Part shown: piece by piece, positions 46,999-55,834 of the stretch
How positions within the stretch are numbered: position 1 is the stretch's first letter
How the letters are laid out: each line of letters opens with the position of its first letter
Origin: an uncultured Chlamydiae bacterium
GTDB taxonomy: Bacteria; Chlamydiota; Chlamydiia; Chlamydiales; Parachlamydiaceae
Length of the DNA stretch: 64,000 nucleotides
Direction: 5' to 3'
Assembly (NCBI GenBank): GCA_963754655.1
Contig: CAVWGN010000001.1
Location: 2,944,001 to 3,008,000 of the forward strand
The notes under the pieces: model-generated
What the model saw: the letters and a program-made list of their open reading frames with translations, nothing else
What the model was told of the DNA's origin: nothing
The model's database searches: none
Translations under genes and position numbers: made by a program

Positions 46999-48924
46999 TT
47001 ATTTTGTTTGAGCAACTGGTTGCAACTCTCCCTCGCCAATTGGAGAAGGCATGACTGGAGTCGAAGCTGCCGACATTGCAGGTGCCGTCAATTCGCTTGC
47101 CTTAATAGATTCTACTTTCAACAAGTCATAGGCACGCAAAAAGGCCTTTTGCACGGAAAGATGAGGATGACGCTCGTCAAAAATAAAAAGGTTGTTCTTA
47201 CCAATGAGTTCAACCATTCCCGAATCACTGAGGACATCCCAAATCTGATGAGTAATGCCACATCCAATAAGATAACGCCCTGAATTTTTTAAGTAATCAT
47301 ACAATTGTTGCAGAGCTAAACAAGCTGTAGCATCAATGTCGCGCGCATTTTTCAATTGCAAAATAATGATTCTTGTCGTCGTATCATCTTCTGTAATAGC
47401 TTTAAGAGTACTCTGAAATAAATCTGCTGCACCAAAAAAAAGTTCGCCTTCTACTTTGATAAAGCGAATTTTACGTGGTTCGCTTTGTTGATTGTGTTCA
47501 ATGCTGTGCAAAATCCCTGCCTCATCTACTGTAAACTCGACAAGCTGAGGAATAGCTGCTTTTTTCAAATAAAAAGTAATAGACATGGCAACGCCAATAT
47601 AAAAGGCAATATCTAAACTAAAAAAAATGCATGCAAGCAACGTTAAAACAAGCACGAAAGCATCGGAGCGGGTAGCCTTTAAACATAGAAAAAGTTGTTT
47701 AAAATTGACAATCGTACTCGCAGATAAAATCAAGAGAGCTGCAAATGTAGCCACCGGGATATGACGAATCAAAAATCCAAATGCCACAATCATTAAATAG
47801 ACAAACAAAGAATTGAAAATAGCTGCCAAACGCGTTTTAGCCCCACTTTCATAATTTAAAGAACTACGAGAAGGGCTTCCAGACAGCGGCATGGCTCCAA
47901 TAAAGGCAGAAAAAAAATTCCCCAACCCCAAGCCAAATATCTCTTGATTCGTTGAAAGATGCTGCCCCGAACTGGCGGCAATTGATTTTGCCGTTGAAGA
48001 GGCCTCCATTACGCTGAGAAGGGCAATAGCAAAGGCAACAGGCAATAAATTGTTCATAATTCCAGGATTAAAATAAGGCCAATCTAATCGAGGAATAAAT
48101 CCGCCCCCTCTCGTATCGCCTACAACAGCAATCCCTTGCGTCCAACCCTCTATTTGGTTCCAATTCAAAAATTGATACTCATTTGCCTCAAAGTAATTAT
48201 AAAAATAACCAAGAAAATAAGCCGAAATGGCAACAACCGCCAACATAATTGCTCCTGCTGGCATCTTGCGATCAATGCGTTTTAATCCAATCAAGAAAAG
48301 AAAGCACACAATTCCAATTAAAGCCGTTGGCCAATGCATAGCATACAAATGAGTCAGAATATAAACGCCGCGTTCATAAAGCGAAGAGACATCTGTGGGA
48401 ACAGCCATGCCTAATAAGGGAAATAATTGATTAATCACCAATGCCAGCGCAACTCCCGATACATAGCCAATAGTGACAGTATGACTGACAAAATGGGTCA
48501 AGCGCCCTAATTTTAAAAAGGCAGCTAAAATTTGAATAATTCCAACCAACAACATAAGCTGCGTTAGAATTTGCAATATAAGCTCTTCTCTTTCGGGTCC
48601 TGTCACATTGCGATAGTAGGTAAATAAAACGCCAGAAATTCCTCCCTGAATTAAAATCGCAATTGCATTACTAGGCCCTACAACCAAATGCCGCGAAGAG
48701 CCAAACAAAGCCATAATGATCGCAGAAAAAATAGCTGCATACAGTCCCGTTGAAACTGGCAAACCTGCAACTAAAGCATAAGCCAAGGCTTGAGGAAGCG
48801 TTAACATGGAGACTGTCAAACCAGCAACCAAGTCCAAACGCAATGCATTCCAAGAGTAGCGTTCAAAATCTTTCTTAAAATAATTCAGAGAAATATCATC
48901 TTGAGAGGCAACAGTATGTGGCAT
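46999..48924 (-). CDS. sulP: SulP/SLC26 anion transporter with STAS domain
   Basis: DLVAGLTV...LPQALAYA...GLYAA...FGSSRHLVVGP, NQEIFGLGLGN, C-terminal STAS (GELFFGAA...DIDATA). Confidence 0.94.
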   Translation of the reverse strand: MPHTVASQDDISLNYFKKDFERYSWNALRLDLVAGLTVSMLTLPQALAYALVAGLPVSTGLYAAIFSAIIMALFGSSRHLVVGPSNAIAILIQGGISGVLFTYYRNVTGPEREELILQILTQLMLLVGIIQILAAFLKLGRLTHFVSHTVTIGYVSGVALALVINQLFPLLGMAVPTDVSSLYERGVYILTHLYAMHWPTALIGIVCFLFLIGLKRIDRKMPAGAIMLAVVAISAYFLGYFYNYFEANEYQFLNWNQIEGWTQGIAVVGDTRGGGFIPRLDWPYFNPGIMNNLLPVAFAIALLSVMEASSTAKSIAASSGQHLSTNQEIFGLGLGNFFSAFIGAMPLSGSPSRSSLNYESGAKTRLAAIFNSLFVYLMIVAFGFLIRHIPVATFAALLILSASTIVNFKQLFLCLKATRSDAFVLVLTLLACIFFSLDIAFYIGVAMSITFYLKKAAIPQLVEFTVDEAGILHSIEHNQQSEPRKIRFIKVEGELFFGAADLFQSTLKAITEDDTTTRIIILQLKNARDIDATACLALQQLYDYLKNSGRYLIGCGITHQIWDVLSDSGMVELIGKNNLFIFDERHPHLSVQKAFLRAYDLLKVESIKASELTAPAMSAASTPVMPSPIGEGELQPVAQTK

Positions 48925-49176
48925 AATTGTTTAAAAATTAATGATTAAAATTAAATATTATTCTCGTATTAAAACTCATCAATTATTATTTTACAACCAA
49001 CTCAATACGCGGCAGCCATTCAACCGTCAAAAAAACTGATAAGCTATAATATGGAATAGAGTAATTATAAGTCTTTTGGATTTAATCTAGAACAATAATT
49101 TAAAAAACTATGTTTTTATTCCCAATTTATTTACAATTTTATCTTTAAAGTTTTTGATTCAAGGAAAGAATAAGTT

Positions 49177-50607
49177 ATGACTCACCTCCCGAAATTAGCC
49201 ATTGTGGGAAGGCCCAATGTTGGAAAATCTGCTTTATTTAATCGCATTTGCAAGCAAAAAATTGCCATTGTCGATGAGGCAGAAGGCGTGACGCGCGATC
49301 GTCTTTATGCTGAAAGCGATCTATTTGGCTTTCGCTTTGAAGTCATTGATACAGGTGGAATTAATCCACGGTCTAAAGTCGCTTTTAACGAAGAAATCAA
49401 GCGTCAAGCTGAAATTGCGATTGAAGAGGCTGATACAATTATTCAAGTGGTAGATGGTGAAGTGGGGGTCACAGATCTAGATAAAGAAGTGGCAAAAATT
49501 TTGCTGCAGACAAAAAAGCCTGTTTGCTTGGCTGTTAATAAGATTGACAATTTATCGCGAATTTCTCTTATGCACCCCTTTTATTCCTTGGGCATTTCGC
49601 GTTTAATTCCTGTCTCTGCTGCCCAGGGCTGGCAAATTGCGGAACTATTAGAGGCTGCTTTTGAAAATGTTTCTTTAGCGGAAGAAAAGAGCGAAGACAA
49701 TCCACACGCTATTAAAGTTGCCGTAGTAGGACGCCCTAATGTAGGTAAATCCTCTCTTGTCAATTATGTATTGGATGAAGAGCGCTGCATTGTCAGTCCT
49801 ATTCCTGGTACAACGCGCGACAGCGTCGATATTTTATTTTCGGTGGAAGAGAAATTATATACTTTCATCGATACGGCAGGCATTCGTCGTAAGCGGGCTG
49901 AGCATGAGGTAGTTGATAAGTTTGCTGCCATTCGCACAGAAAGAGCAATTGAAAGGTCCGATTTATGTCTTCTGATGTTGGATGTGCAAGAAGGAATGAC
50001 GGCTCAAGACAAAAAAATCGCCAATCGCATTGAAGAGGCAGGCAAAGGGTGCATTATTCTCTTCAACAAGTGGGATCTGGTCAAAGGGTTCCGCATGGAG
50101 CATGCTCTCAGAAGCATTGAAGAAGAAGTTCCCTTTCTCAAGCATTGCCCCAAGCTTTTTATTTCAGCAAAAATTGGCCGCAATGTCGATAAAATTTTTC
50201 CTTTGATTCAAGAGGTCTACCAAGATTCATTCAAGCGCATCACTACCCACCAACTCAATAAGTTCATCGCGTTGGCATTACAGAGAAATCATCCGCCCAT
50301 GATCATGGGCAAAAGATTACGTATTTACTATATGGCACAGGTAGATGTTAAGCCTCCGAAGTTTATTTTATTTGTGAATTATCCTAATTTAATGCTTAAA
50401 AGCTATAAAAAATATCTTTATAACCAATTTCGAGAAGCCTATGCCTTTACTGGAGTCCCTATTCAGATGTATCTTAAGGGCAAGAAAACCAAAGAAAGGC
50501 CAACTACCTCTCAAGAAGAAAGAGTGACTCAAGAAGGAGATGAAGAGGAAGAAAAGTCAGAGGAGCTCGAGTATCAATTTGAGAATGAAGACGAAATAGA
50601 TTCATAA
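49177..50607 (+). CDS. der: Ribosome biogenesis GTPase Der (EngA)
   Basis: Two GRPNVGKS G-domains, GVTRD/GTTRD, DTGG/DTAG, NKID/NKWD, KH-like C-terminus. Confidence 0.98.
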   Translation: MTHLPKLAIVGRPNVGKSALFNRICKQKIAIVDEAEGVTRDRLYAESDLFGFRFEVIDTGGINPRSKVAFNEEIKRQAEIAIEEADTIIQVVDGEVGVTDLDKEVAKILLQTKKPVCLAVNKIDNLSRISLMHPFYSLGISRLIPVSAAQGWQIAELLEAAFENVSLAEEKSEDNPHAIKVAVVGRPNVGKSSLVNYVLDEERCIVSPIPGTTRDSVDILFSVEEKLYTFIDTAGIRRKRAEHEVVDKFAAIRTERAIERSDLCLLMLDVQEGMTAQDKKIANRIEEAGKGCIILFNKWDLVKGFRMEHALRSIEEEVPFLKHCPKLFISAKIGRNVDKIFPLIQEVYQDSFKRITTHQLNKFIALALQRNHPPMIMGKRLRIYYMAQVDVKPPKFILFVNYPNLMLKSYKKYLYNQFREAYAFTGVPIQMYLKGKKTKERPTTSQEERVTQEGDEEEEKSEELEYQFENEDEIDS

Positions 50608-50639
50608 TTTTTATGGAAAAATGAACTTGAAGGAGTACT

Positions 50640-51882
50640 TAGTACTCCATTACATTAGTTTTGCCTATTGGGACTGCTTCAAAACCCCGGAATTGGGATG
50701 AGATGATTCTCTTGTAGTCCGTCAGACTACATGACGAGGGCTCATCTAACCCAGGGCTAGGGTGTTCATTTTGTGCAAAAATGAACTTTATTTTCACAAT
50801 AATTGGCATAGTTGAATTGAAGGTCACATGTTTATGCCGTCCTTTCAGGACTCGATGTCTTTTTGATAGAACCCAGGCCTCCGCTTCGCTACGACCTGGG
50901 CTGTAACATGACGGCCCTTCAGGCCTTAACAAAAAGATGATTTAGGGACTATAGAAGAGGGACTTAAACATCTCTTGTTAAGGCCTGAAGGGCCGGCCTA
51001 TTACAGCCAAGCGGAGGCCTTGGCTGTAACATGACGGCCCTTCAGGCCTTAACAAAAAGATGGTTTAGGGACTATAGAAGAGGGACTTAAACATCTCTTG
51101 TTAAGGCCTGAAGGGCCGGCCTATTACAGCCAAGCGGAGGCCTTGGCTGTAACATGACGGCCCTTCAGGCCTTAACAAAAAGATGGTTTAGGGACTATAG
51201 AAGAGGGACTTAAACATCTCTTGTTAAGGCCTGAAGGGCCGGCCTATTACAGCCAAGCGGAGGCCTTGGCTGTAACATGACGGCCCTTCAGGCCTTAACA
51301 AAAAGATGGTTTAGGGACTATAGAAGAGGGACTTAAACATCTCTTGTTAAGGCCTGAAGGGCCGGCCTATTACAGCCAAGCGGAGGCCTTGGCTGTAACA
51401 TGACGGCCCTTCAGGCCTTAACAAAAAGATGGTTTAGGGACTATAGAAGAGGGACTTAAACATCTCTTGTTAAGGCCTGAAGGGCCGGCCTATTACAGCC
51501 AAGCGGAGGCCTTGGCTGTAACATGACGGCCCTTCAGGCCTTAACAAAAAGATGGTTTAGGGACTATAGAAGAGGGACTTAAACATCTCTTGTTAAGGCC
51601 TGAAGGGCCGTCATGTTACAGCCCAGGTCGCAGCGAAGCGGAGGCCTGGGTTCTATCAAAAAGACATCGAGTCCTGAAAGGACGGCATAAACATGCGACC
51701 TTCAATTTAACTATGCCAATTATTGTGAAAAATAAAGCTCATTTTTGCACAAAATGAACACCCTAGCCCTGGGTTAGATGAGCCCTCGTCATGTAGTCTG
51801 ACGGACTACAAGAGAATCATCTCATCCCAATTCCGGGCTTTGAAGCAGTCCCAATAGGCAAAACTAGTGTGGTTGAGTACTA
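50640..51882. repeat. 1.24-kb nested palindromic element: ~290-bp layered inverted arms around six tandem 123-bp units
   Basis: The left arm TAGTACTC... is the near-perfect reverse complement of the right arm ...GAGTACTA; unit core TTTAGGGACTATAGAAGAGGGAC at 50941, 51064, 51187, 51310, 51433 and 51556. Confidence 0.95.
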
Positions 51883-51989
51883 GGACAAACAGGCATTTTT
51901 TCATGCTATTAGACTATAAAATAAACAGCCTTTTCCTTTAAAATAAGCGAATGATCTACTCAATTATTGTTTAACTGTACACATTTATC

Positions 51990-54900
51990 ATGAAGGTTCC
52001 TTTACCTGAAGACTTAAGACCCTATAGACGCGAGGCTGAACGTGCTTTGAATCAGGGGGCTATAAAAGATATTGAATTTTCAGGTTCTACCTATCAAGTC
52101 CTAGTCGAAGACCTTTCTTCTGGGCAAGATTTTTGGGTTTTTTTGCAGCTAGAGGGAAAAGGGGAAATTAAAGATGCTTTTTGTTCTGGCGATCACCTGT
52201 CAGAAAATCCAAGTTGCGTACACCTTGCCATAGCTTATTTAAGCTTATTTAAGGAATTTTCAGAGCCGTTGCACCAGCGTTTTGCCCGTTCTTTGTGGAA
52301 TCAATTGTGTCGTCTTTATCAAGAACGTTTAGGAGATGATCCTAAGCTTTTGATTGAAGATCTTCCTGGCTCATATGTTTGCCAATCCAGTTTAGGAAAG
52401 AAAATTTTTGTTTTGCAGGCTTTGACCTCCGATGCTGTTTATGTTTTAGATAAAATCATTCACCAACGCGCGCAAGAAACAGAAGAGACTTCGCTTAAAT
52501 TTTCGAATTTATCTCATGAAGATTTATCCTTATGGCGCGAAGGTAGGCCTAATCCTCAACTCCGTTATGATTTGTCTTTTTGGAGTGATTTAGCAAAATG
52601 GTTAATGAAAAAGCAAGAAGAAGGAGCGCCTTATCAAATTAGCTTCAAATATTCTAAAAAAAAGCTTCCTAATTGGTTTCAAATTCATTTTGAAGATATT
52701 GAAGTAGGATTTTATGTCTCAGAAGCCAATTTACCTTTAATTATTGATTCTCTTAAAACAGTTAAAAGTCCTTTATTTGTTTACCACGTAGATCGCAAAG
52801 GAATAGAGCGCATCACGTATGATAAAAGAGAACAAATTTTGCACATTGAAGAGAAAAAAGAGGAAAAGACGCCGCGTATTGGACGCAAAACTGCAAAAGG
52901 AACTGAAGTTATCTCTTTAGATAACTGGAATTTTATTCCTGGTGAAGGATTTTATACTGCAGAACCTCACGAGTTACTAAAAAATCCTCATTTGCATGGC
53001 GAAGAACTTACACAAGCTTTGACAGAACACAAGCGTTTAATCGCTTCTTTGATAATCGATTGTCATATTCATCGCGAACCCATCACTCTTTCCTATCAAA
53101 TTCATTTTGATCAGAAGTGGAATTTACATCTCACTGCTTATTTATTTGAACCTGGAGATTTGACGACGGGTGATTCTTGGCTGATGGGAGAGTGGGCTTA
53201 TTTGGATGAAGATGGATTTTATCCCATTGAAGGTAATCGATTTCAACATGCTGAAAACGTGGTGTCCATTTATCAAGTTTCAGATTTTGTCAGTCAAAAT
53301 CGTGCTTGGTTTAACACTCAAGAAGGCTTCCACACGCATGTGCGCAGCATTGAATATCAAATGAGTTATCAAGTCAGTGCGAGCCAGCGTTTGACTTTTT
53401 CGCGCAGCTTAGCTAAACTCAAAGAAGGGACACGTCAACAAGATTTTGGCACTTGGGTGTATCTAGAAGGCTATGGGTTCTACTCTAAAGCAACGGGGTC
53501 CTTTAGTTTTCTTCTGAGACCAGGCGTTTCTTTAAGTCCTGAGCAAATTCCTCTTTTCATTCGCATGAATCGCGAAGAACTTCAATTGATTCCTAAATTT
53601 TTTAGCGAACGCTGTCCTGTAACCAAATCAGGCTTTAGGATTGAATTAACAGATAAGCGCAAAGTCAAAATTAGGCCTGAATATAACCTTTTACCTGAAT
53701 ATCAAGGCAGGACAATTCAACTATTTGATGATTTTATTTATCTAGAGGAAGAAGGGTTTCATGAATTACCTGTGGATTTGCGACTGCCAGAAAAATTTCG
53801 GCATCCTCTTGAGTTGGAAGGAGAAGATCTTCTACTTTTCTTAACTTATGAAATTGATGAACTTTATCCCTATGCGTCCTTTGTTGATCCGCAACTCCTT
53901 AAACCTAAAGAATGGCATCTTGCTGCCAATTTTATTCAACCTGTTCCAGAAAAAGGAAGGGAATGGTATCGTTTTCGTTTTTTTTATCAAACAGAGCATG
54001 GATTGATCTCTGTCACTGATCTGAAGCAATCTTTATCTAAAAAGTTTCCATTTGCATTTTCTGAAGCGGGTCTCATTGATATGCGCGATAAGCGCTTTGA
54101 TTGGCTGCGTCAGCTGTCAAAAGAACGCTTTGAAAAAGAATCAGATCTCTTGTTATTGACAACCTTAGAGTTTATGCGTCTCAATGCGTTTGAGCCCATC
54201 GAGATGCTCAAAATCGGAGAAGAAAAAGAACTCAACTCAAGCGCCGCTATTTTAAATGATCTTACTCAGCTGCATACGCCTGAGCAGCCAGATATCGGAG
54301 GCTTATTAAGCCATTTGCGCCCCTATCAGGAAATGGGTGTAAAATGGTTATGGTTTCTTTACCGGCAGCAATTATCGGGTCTCTTATGCGATGACATGGG
54401 CTTAGGCAAAACCCATCAAGCCATGGCTCTTTTAGCAAGCATTGCAAATCTTTATCGCACTTATGCAGAAGGAAGCCATCATCATTTTCTCATTGTCTGT
54501 CCTACTTCAGTGATTTATCATTGGCAAGAAAAGCTTCAACAATTTTTACCTAGCTTGAGAGTTTGTACGTTTTATGGCACTAAACGTAGTTTAGAAGCTT
54601 TTCATCAGCAATATGATATTTTGCTGACTTCTTATGGCATTTTACGCAATGAGTGTGAATTACTAGCCAAAGTGTCGTTTGAAGTGGCAATTTTTGATGA
54701 GATTCAAATTGCCAAAAATCAATTTAGCCGTGTGTATGCTGCGTTGACACGCATAAAGGCACGGATGAAAATTGGATTAACGGGCACGCCTATTGAAAAT
54801 CATTTACGAGAACTCAAATCGCTTTTTGATATTACACTTCCTTCCTATATGCCTGGAGAAACCGATTATCGAGAGTTTTTTATTAAACCCATTGAAAAGG

Positions 54901-55772
54901 AGCATGATAAGCGAAGAAAAGAACTTTTGAATCGCTTGATCCACCCCTTTATTTTAAGACGCAAAAAAGAGGATGTTCTCAAAGAATTGCCAGAAAAAAT
55001 TGAAGAAATTGCCTATTGCGACTTAATGCCTTGTCAACAGAAGCTTTATACTGAAGTTTTGCAGCGGCGACGCCACCATTTATTAGAAGAGTTGAGCAAT
55101 GATAAAAACACAATTCCCTATTTACACATCTTTGCCCTCTTATCCAGTCTTAAACAAATTTGCGATCATCCGGCAGTCTACTTAAAAACCCCTTTGGATT
55201 ATCAAGAATATTCTTCTGGCAAATGGGAGCTCTTTGTTGAACTCTTGCGAGAGGCTCGTGAAAGTCAGCAGAAAGTTGTCATTTTTTCACAATATTTGGG
55301 AATGCTTGACATTCTTGAAGCATATCTTGGTCAACAGCAAATTGGTTTTGCTTCTTTGCGGGGAGCAACACAAAACCGCAAAGAACAGTTACAGCTTTTT
55401 AATCAAAATCCTGATTGTGAAGTATTTGTAGGTTCCCTGCAAGCAGCGGGATTGGGTATTGATTTGACGGCAGGCTCGGTCGTTATCCATTATGACCGTT
55501 GGTGGAATGCTGCGCGTGAAAATCAGGCAACAGACCGTGTACATCGCATTGGACAAACACGCGGCGTGCAAGTGTTCAAGCTGGTCACTAAAGGGACATT
55601 TGAGGAAAAAATTGATGCGATGATTATACGCAAGGGAAAATTGATGGAAGAAGTTATAGGAGTGGATGAGCAGCATGTTCTTAAAACATTTTCTCGCAGC
55701 GAACTCATTGAATTGCTAGAGTTCGTGGATACAAACCAGGAACACCCGACAGCTTTTGATGATGTCAATTAA
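51990..55772 (+). CDS. Second SWI2/SNF2-family helicase
   Basis: CDDMGLGKT, FDEIQ, LTGTPIEN, QATDRVHRIGQ; degenerate SWIM-like FCS...CVH at the N-terminus. Confidence 0.92.
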   Translation: MKVPLPEDLRPYRREAERALNQGAIKDIEFSGSTYQVLVEDLSSGQDFWVFLQLEGKGEIKDAFCSGDHLSENPSCVHLAIAYLSLFKEFSEPLHQRFARSLWNQLCRLYQERLGDDPKLLIEDLPGSYVCQSSLGKKIFVLQALTSDAVYVLDKIIHQRAQETEETSLKFSNLSHEDLSLWREGRPNPQLRYDLSFWSDLAKWLMKKQEEGAPYQISFKYSKKKLPNWFQIHFEDIEVGFYVSEANLPLIIDSLKTVKSPLFVYHVDRKGIERITYDKREQILHIEEKKEEKTPRIGRKTAKGTEVISLDNWNFIPGEGFYTAEPHELLKNPHLHGEELTQALTEHKRLIASLIIDCHIHREPITLSYQIHFDQKWNLHLTAYLFEPGDLTTGDSWLMGEWAYLDEDGFYPIEGNRFQHAENVVSIYQVSDFVSQNRAWFNTQEGFHTHVRSIEYQMSYQVSASQRLTFSRSLAKLKEGTRQQDFGTWVYLEGYGFYSKATGSFSFLLRPGVSLSPEQIPLFIRMNREELQLIPKFFSERCPVTKSGFRIELTDKRKVKIRPEYNLLPEYQGRTIQLFDDFIYLEEEGFHELPVDLRLPEKFRHPLELEGEDLLLFLTYEIDELYPYASFVDPQLLKPKEWHLAANFIQPVPEKGREWYRFRFFYQTEHGLISVTDLKQSLSKKFPFAFSEAGLIDMRDKRFDWLRQLSKERFEKESDLLLLTTLEFMRLNAFEPIEMLKIGEEKELNSSAAILNDLTQLHTPEQPDIGGLLSHLRPYQEMGVKWLWFLYRQQLSGLLCDDMGLGKTHQAMALLASIANLYRTYAEGSHHHFLIVCPTSVIYHWQEKLQQFLPSLRVCTFYGTKRSLEAFHQQYDILLTSYGILRNECELLAKVSFEVAIFDEIQIAKNQFSRVYAALTRIKARMKIGLTGTPIENHLRELKSLFDITLPSYMPGETDYREFFIKPIEKEHDKRRKELLNRLIHPFILRRKKEDVLKELPEKIEEIAYCDLMPCQQKLYTEVLQRRRHHLLEELSNDKNTIPYLHIFALLSSLKQICDHPAVYLKTPLDYQEYSSGKWELFVELLREARESQQKVVIFSQYLGMLDILEAYLGQQQIGFASLRGATQNRKEQLQLFNQNPDCEVFVGSLQAAGLGIDLTAGSVVIHYDRWWNAARENQATDRVHRIGQTRGVQVFKLVTKGTFEEKIDAMIIRKGKLMEEVIGVDEQHVLKTFSRSELIELLEFVDTNQEHPTAFDDVN

Positions 55773-55834
55773 ATCAAGCTAGTTGGTTATTTAAGGGATA
55801 TGCTGATTCTTTGATCTCGCTTGAGTAAGGTAAG

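Noticed and set aside
50900..51610. Regularly spaced repeats suggesting a CRISPR array
   Set aside because: The 123-bp units are essentially identical throughout, with no unique spacers, and no cas genes are in the window; it is a tandem REP-type array
51891..51906. Possible sigma54 box upstream of the second Snf2 gene
   Set aside because: GG to GC spacing is 11 rather than the required 10 nt
2235..55772. Two Snf2 helicases as a possible anti-phage defence system
   Set aside because: Both resemble the Snf2 genes generally conserved in chlamydiae, lie 46 kb apart in housekeeping context, and have no methylase, nuclease or other defence partners
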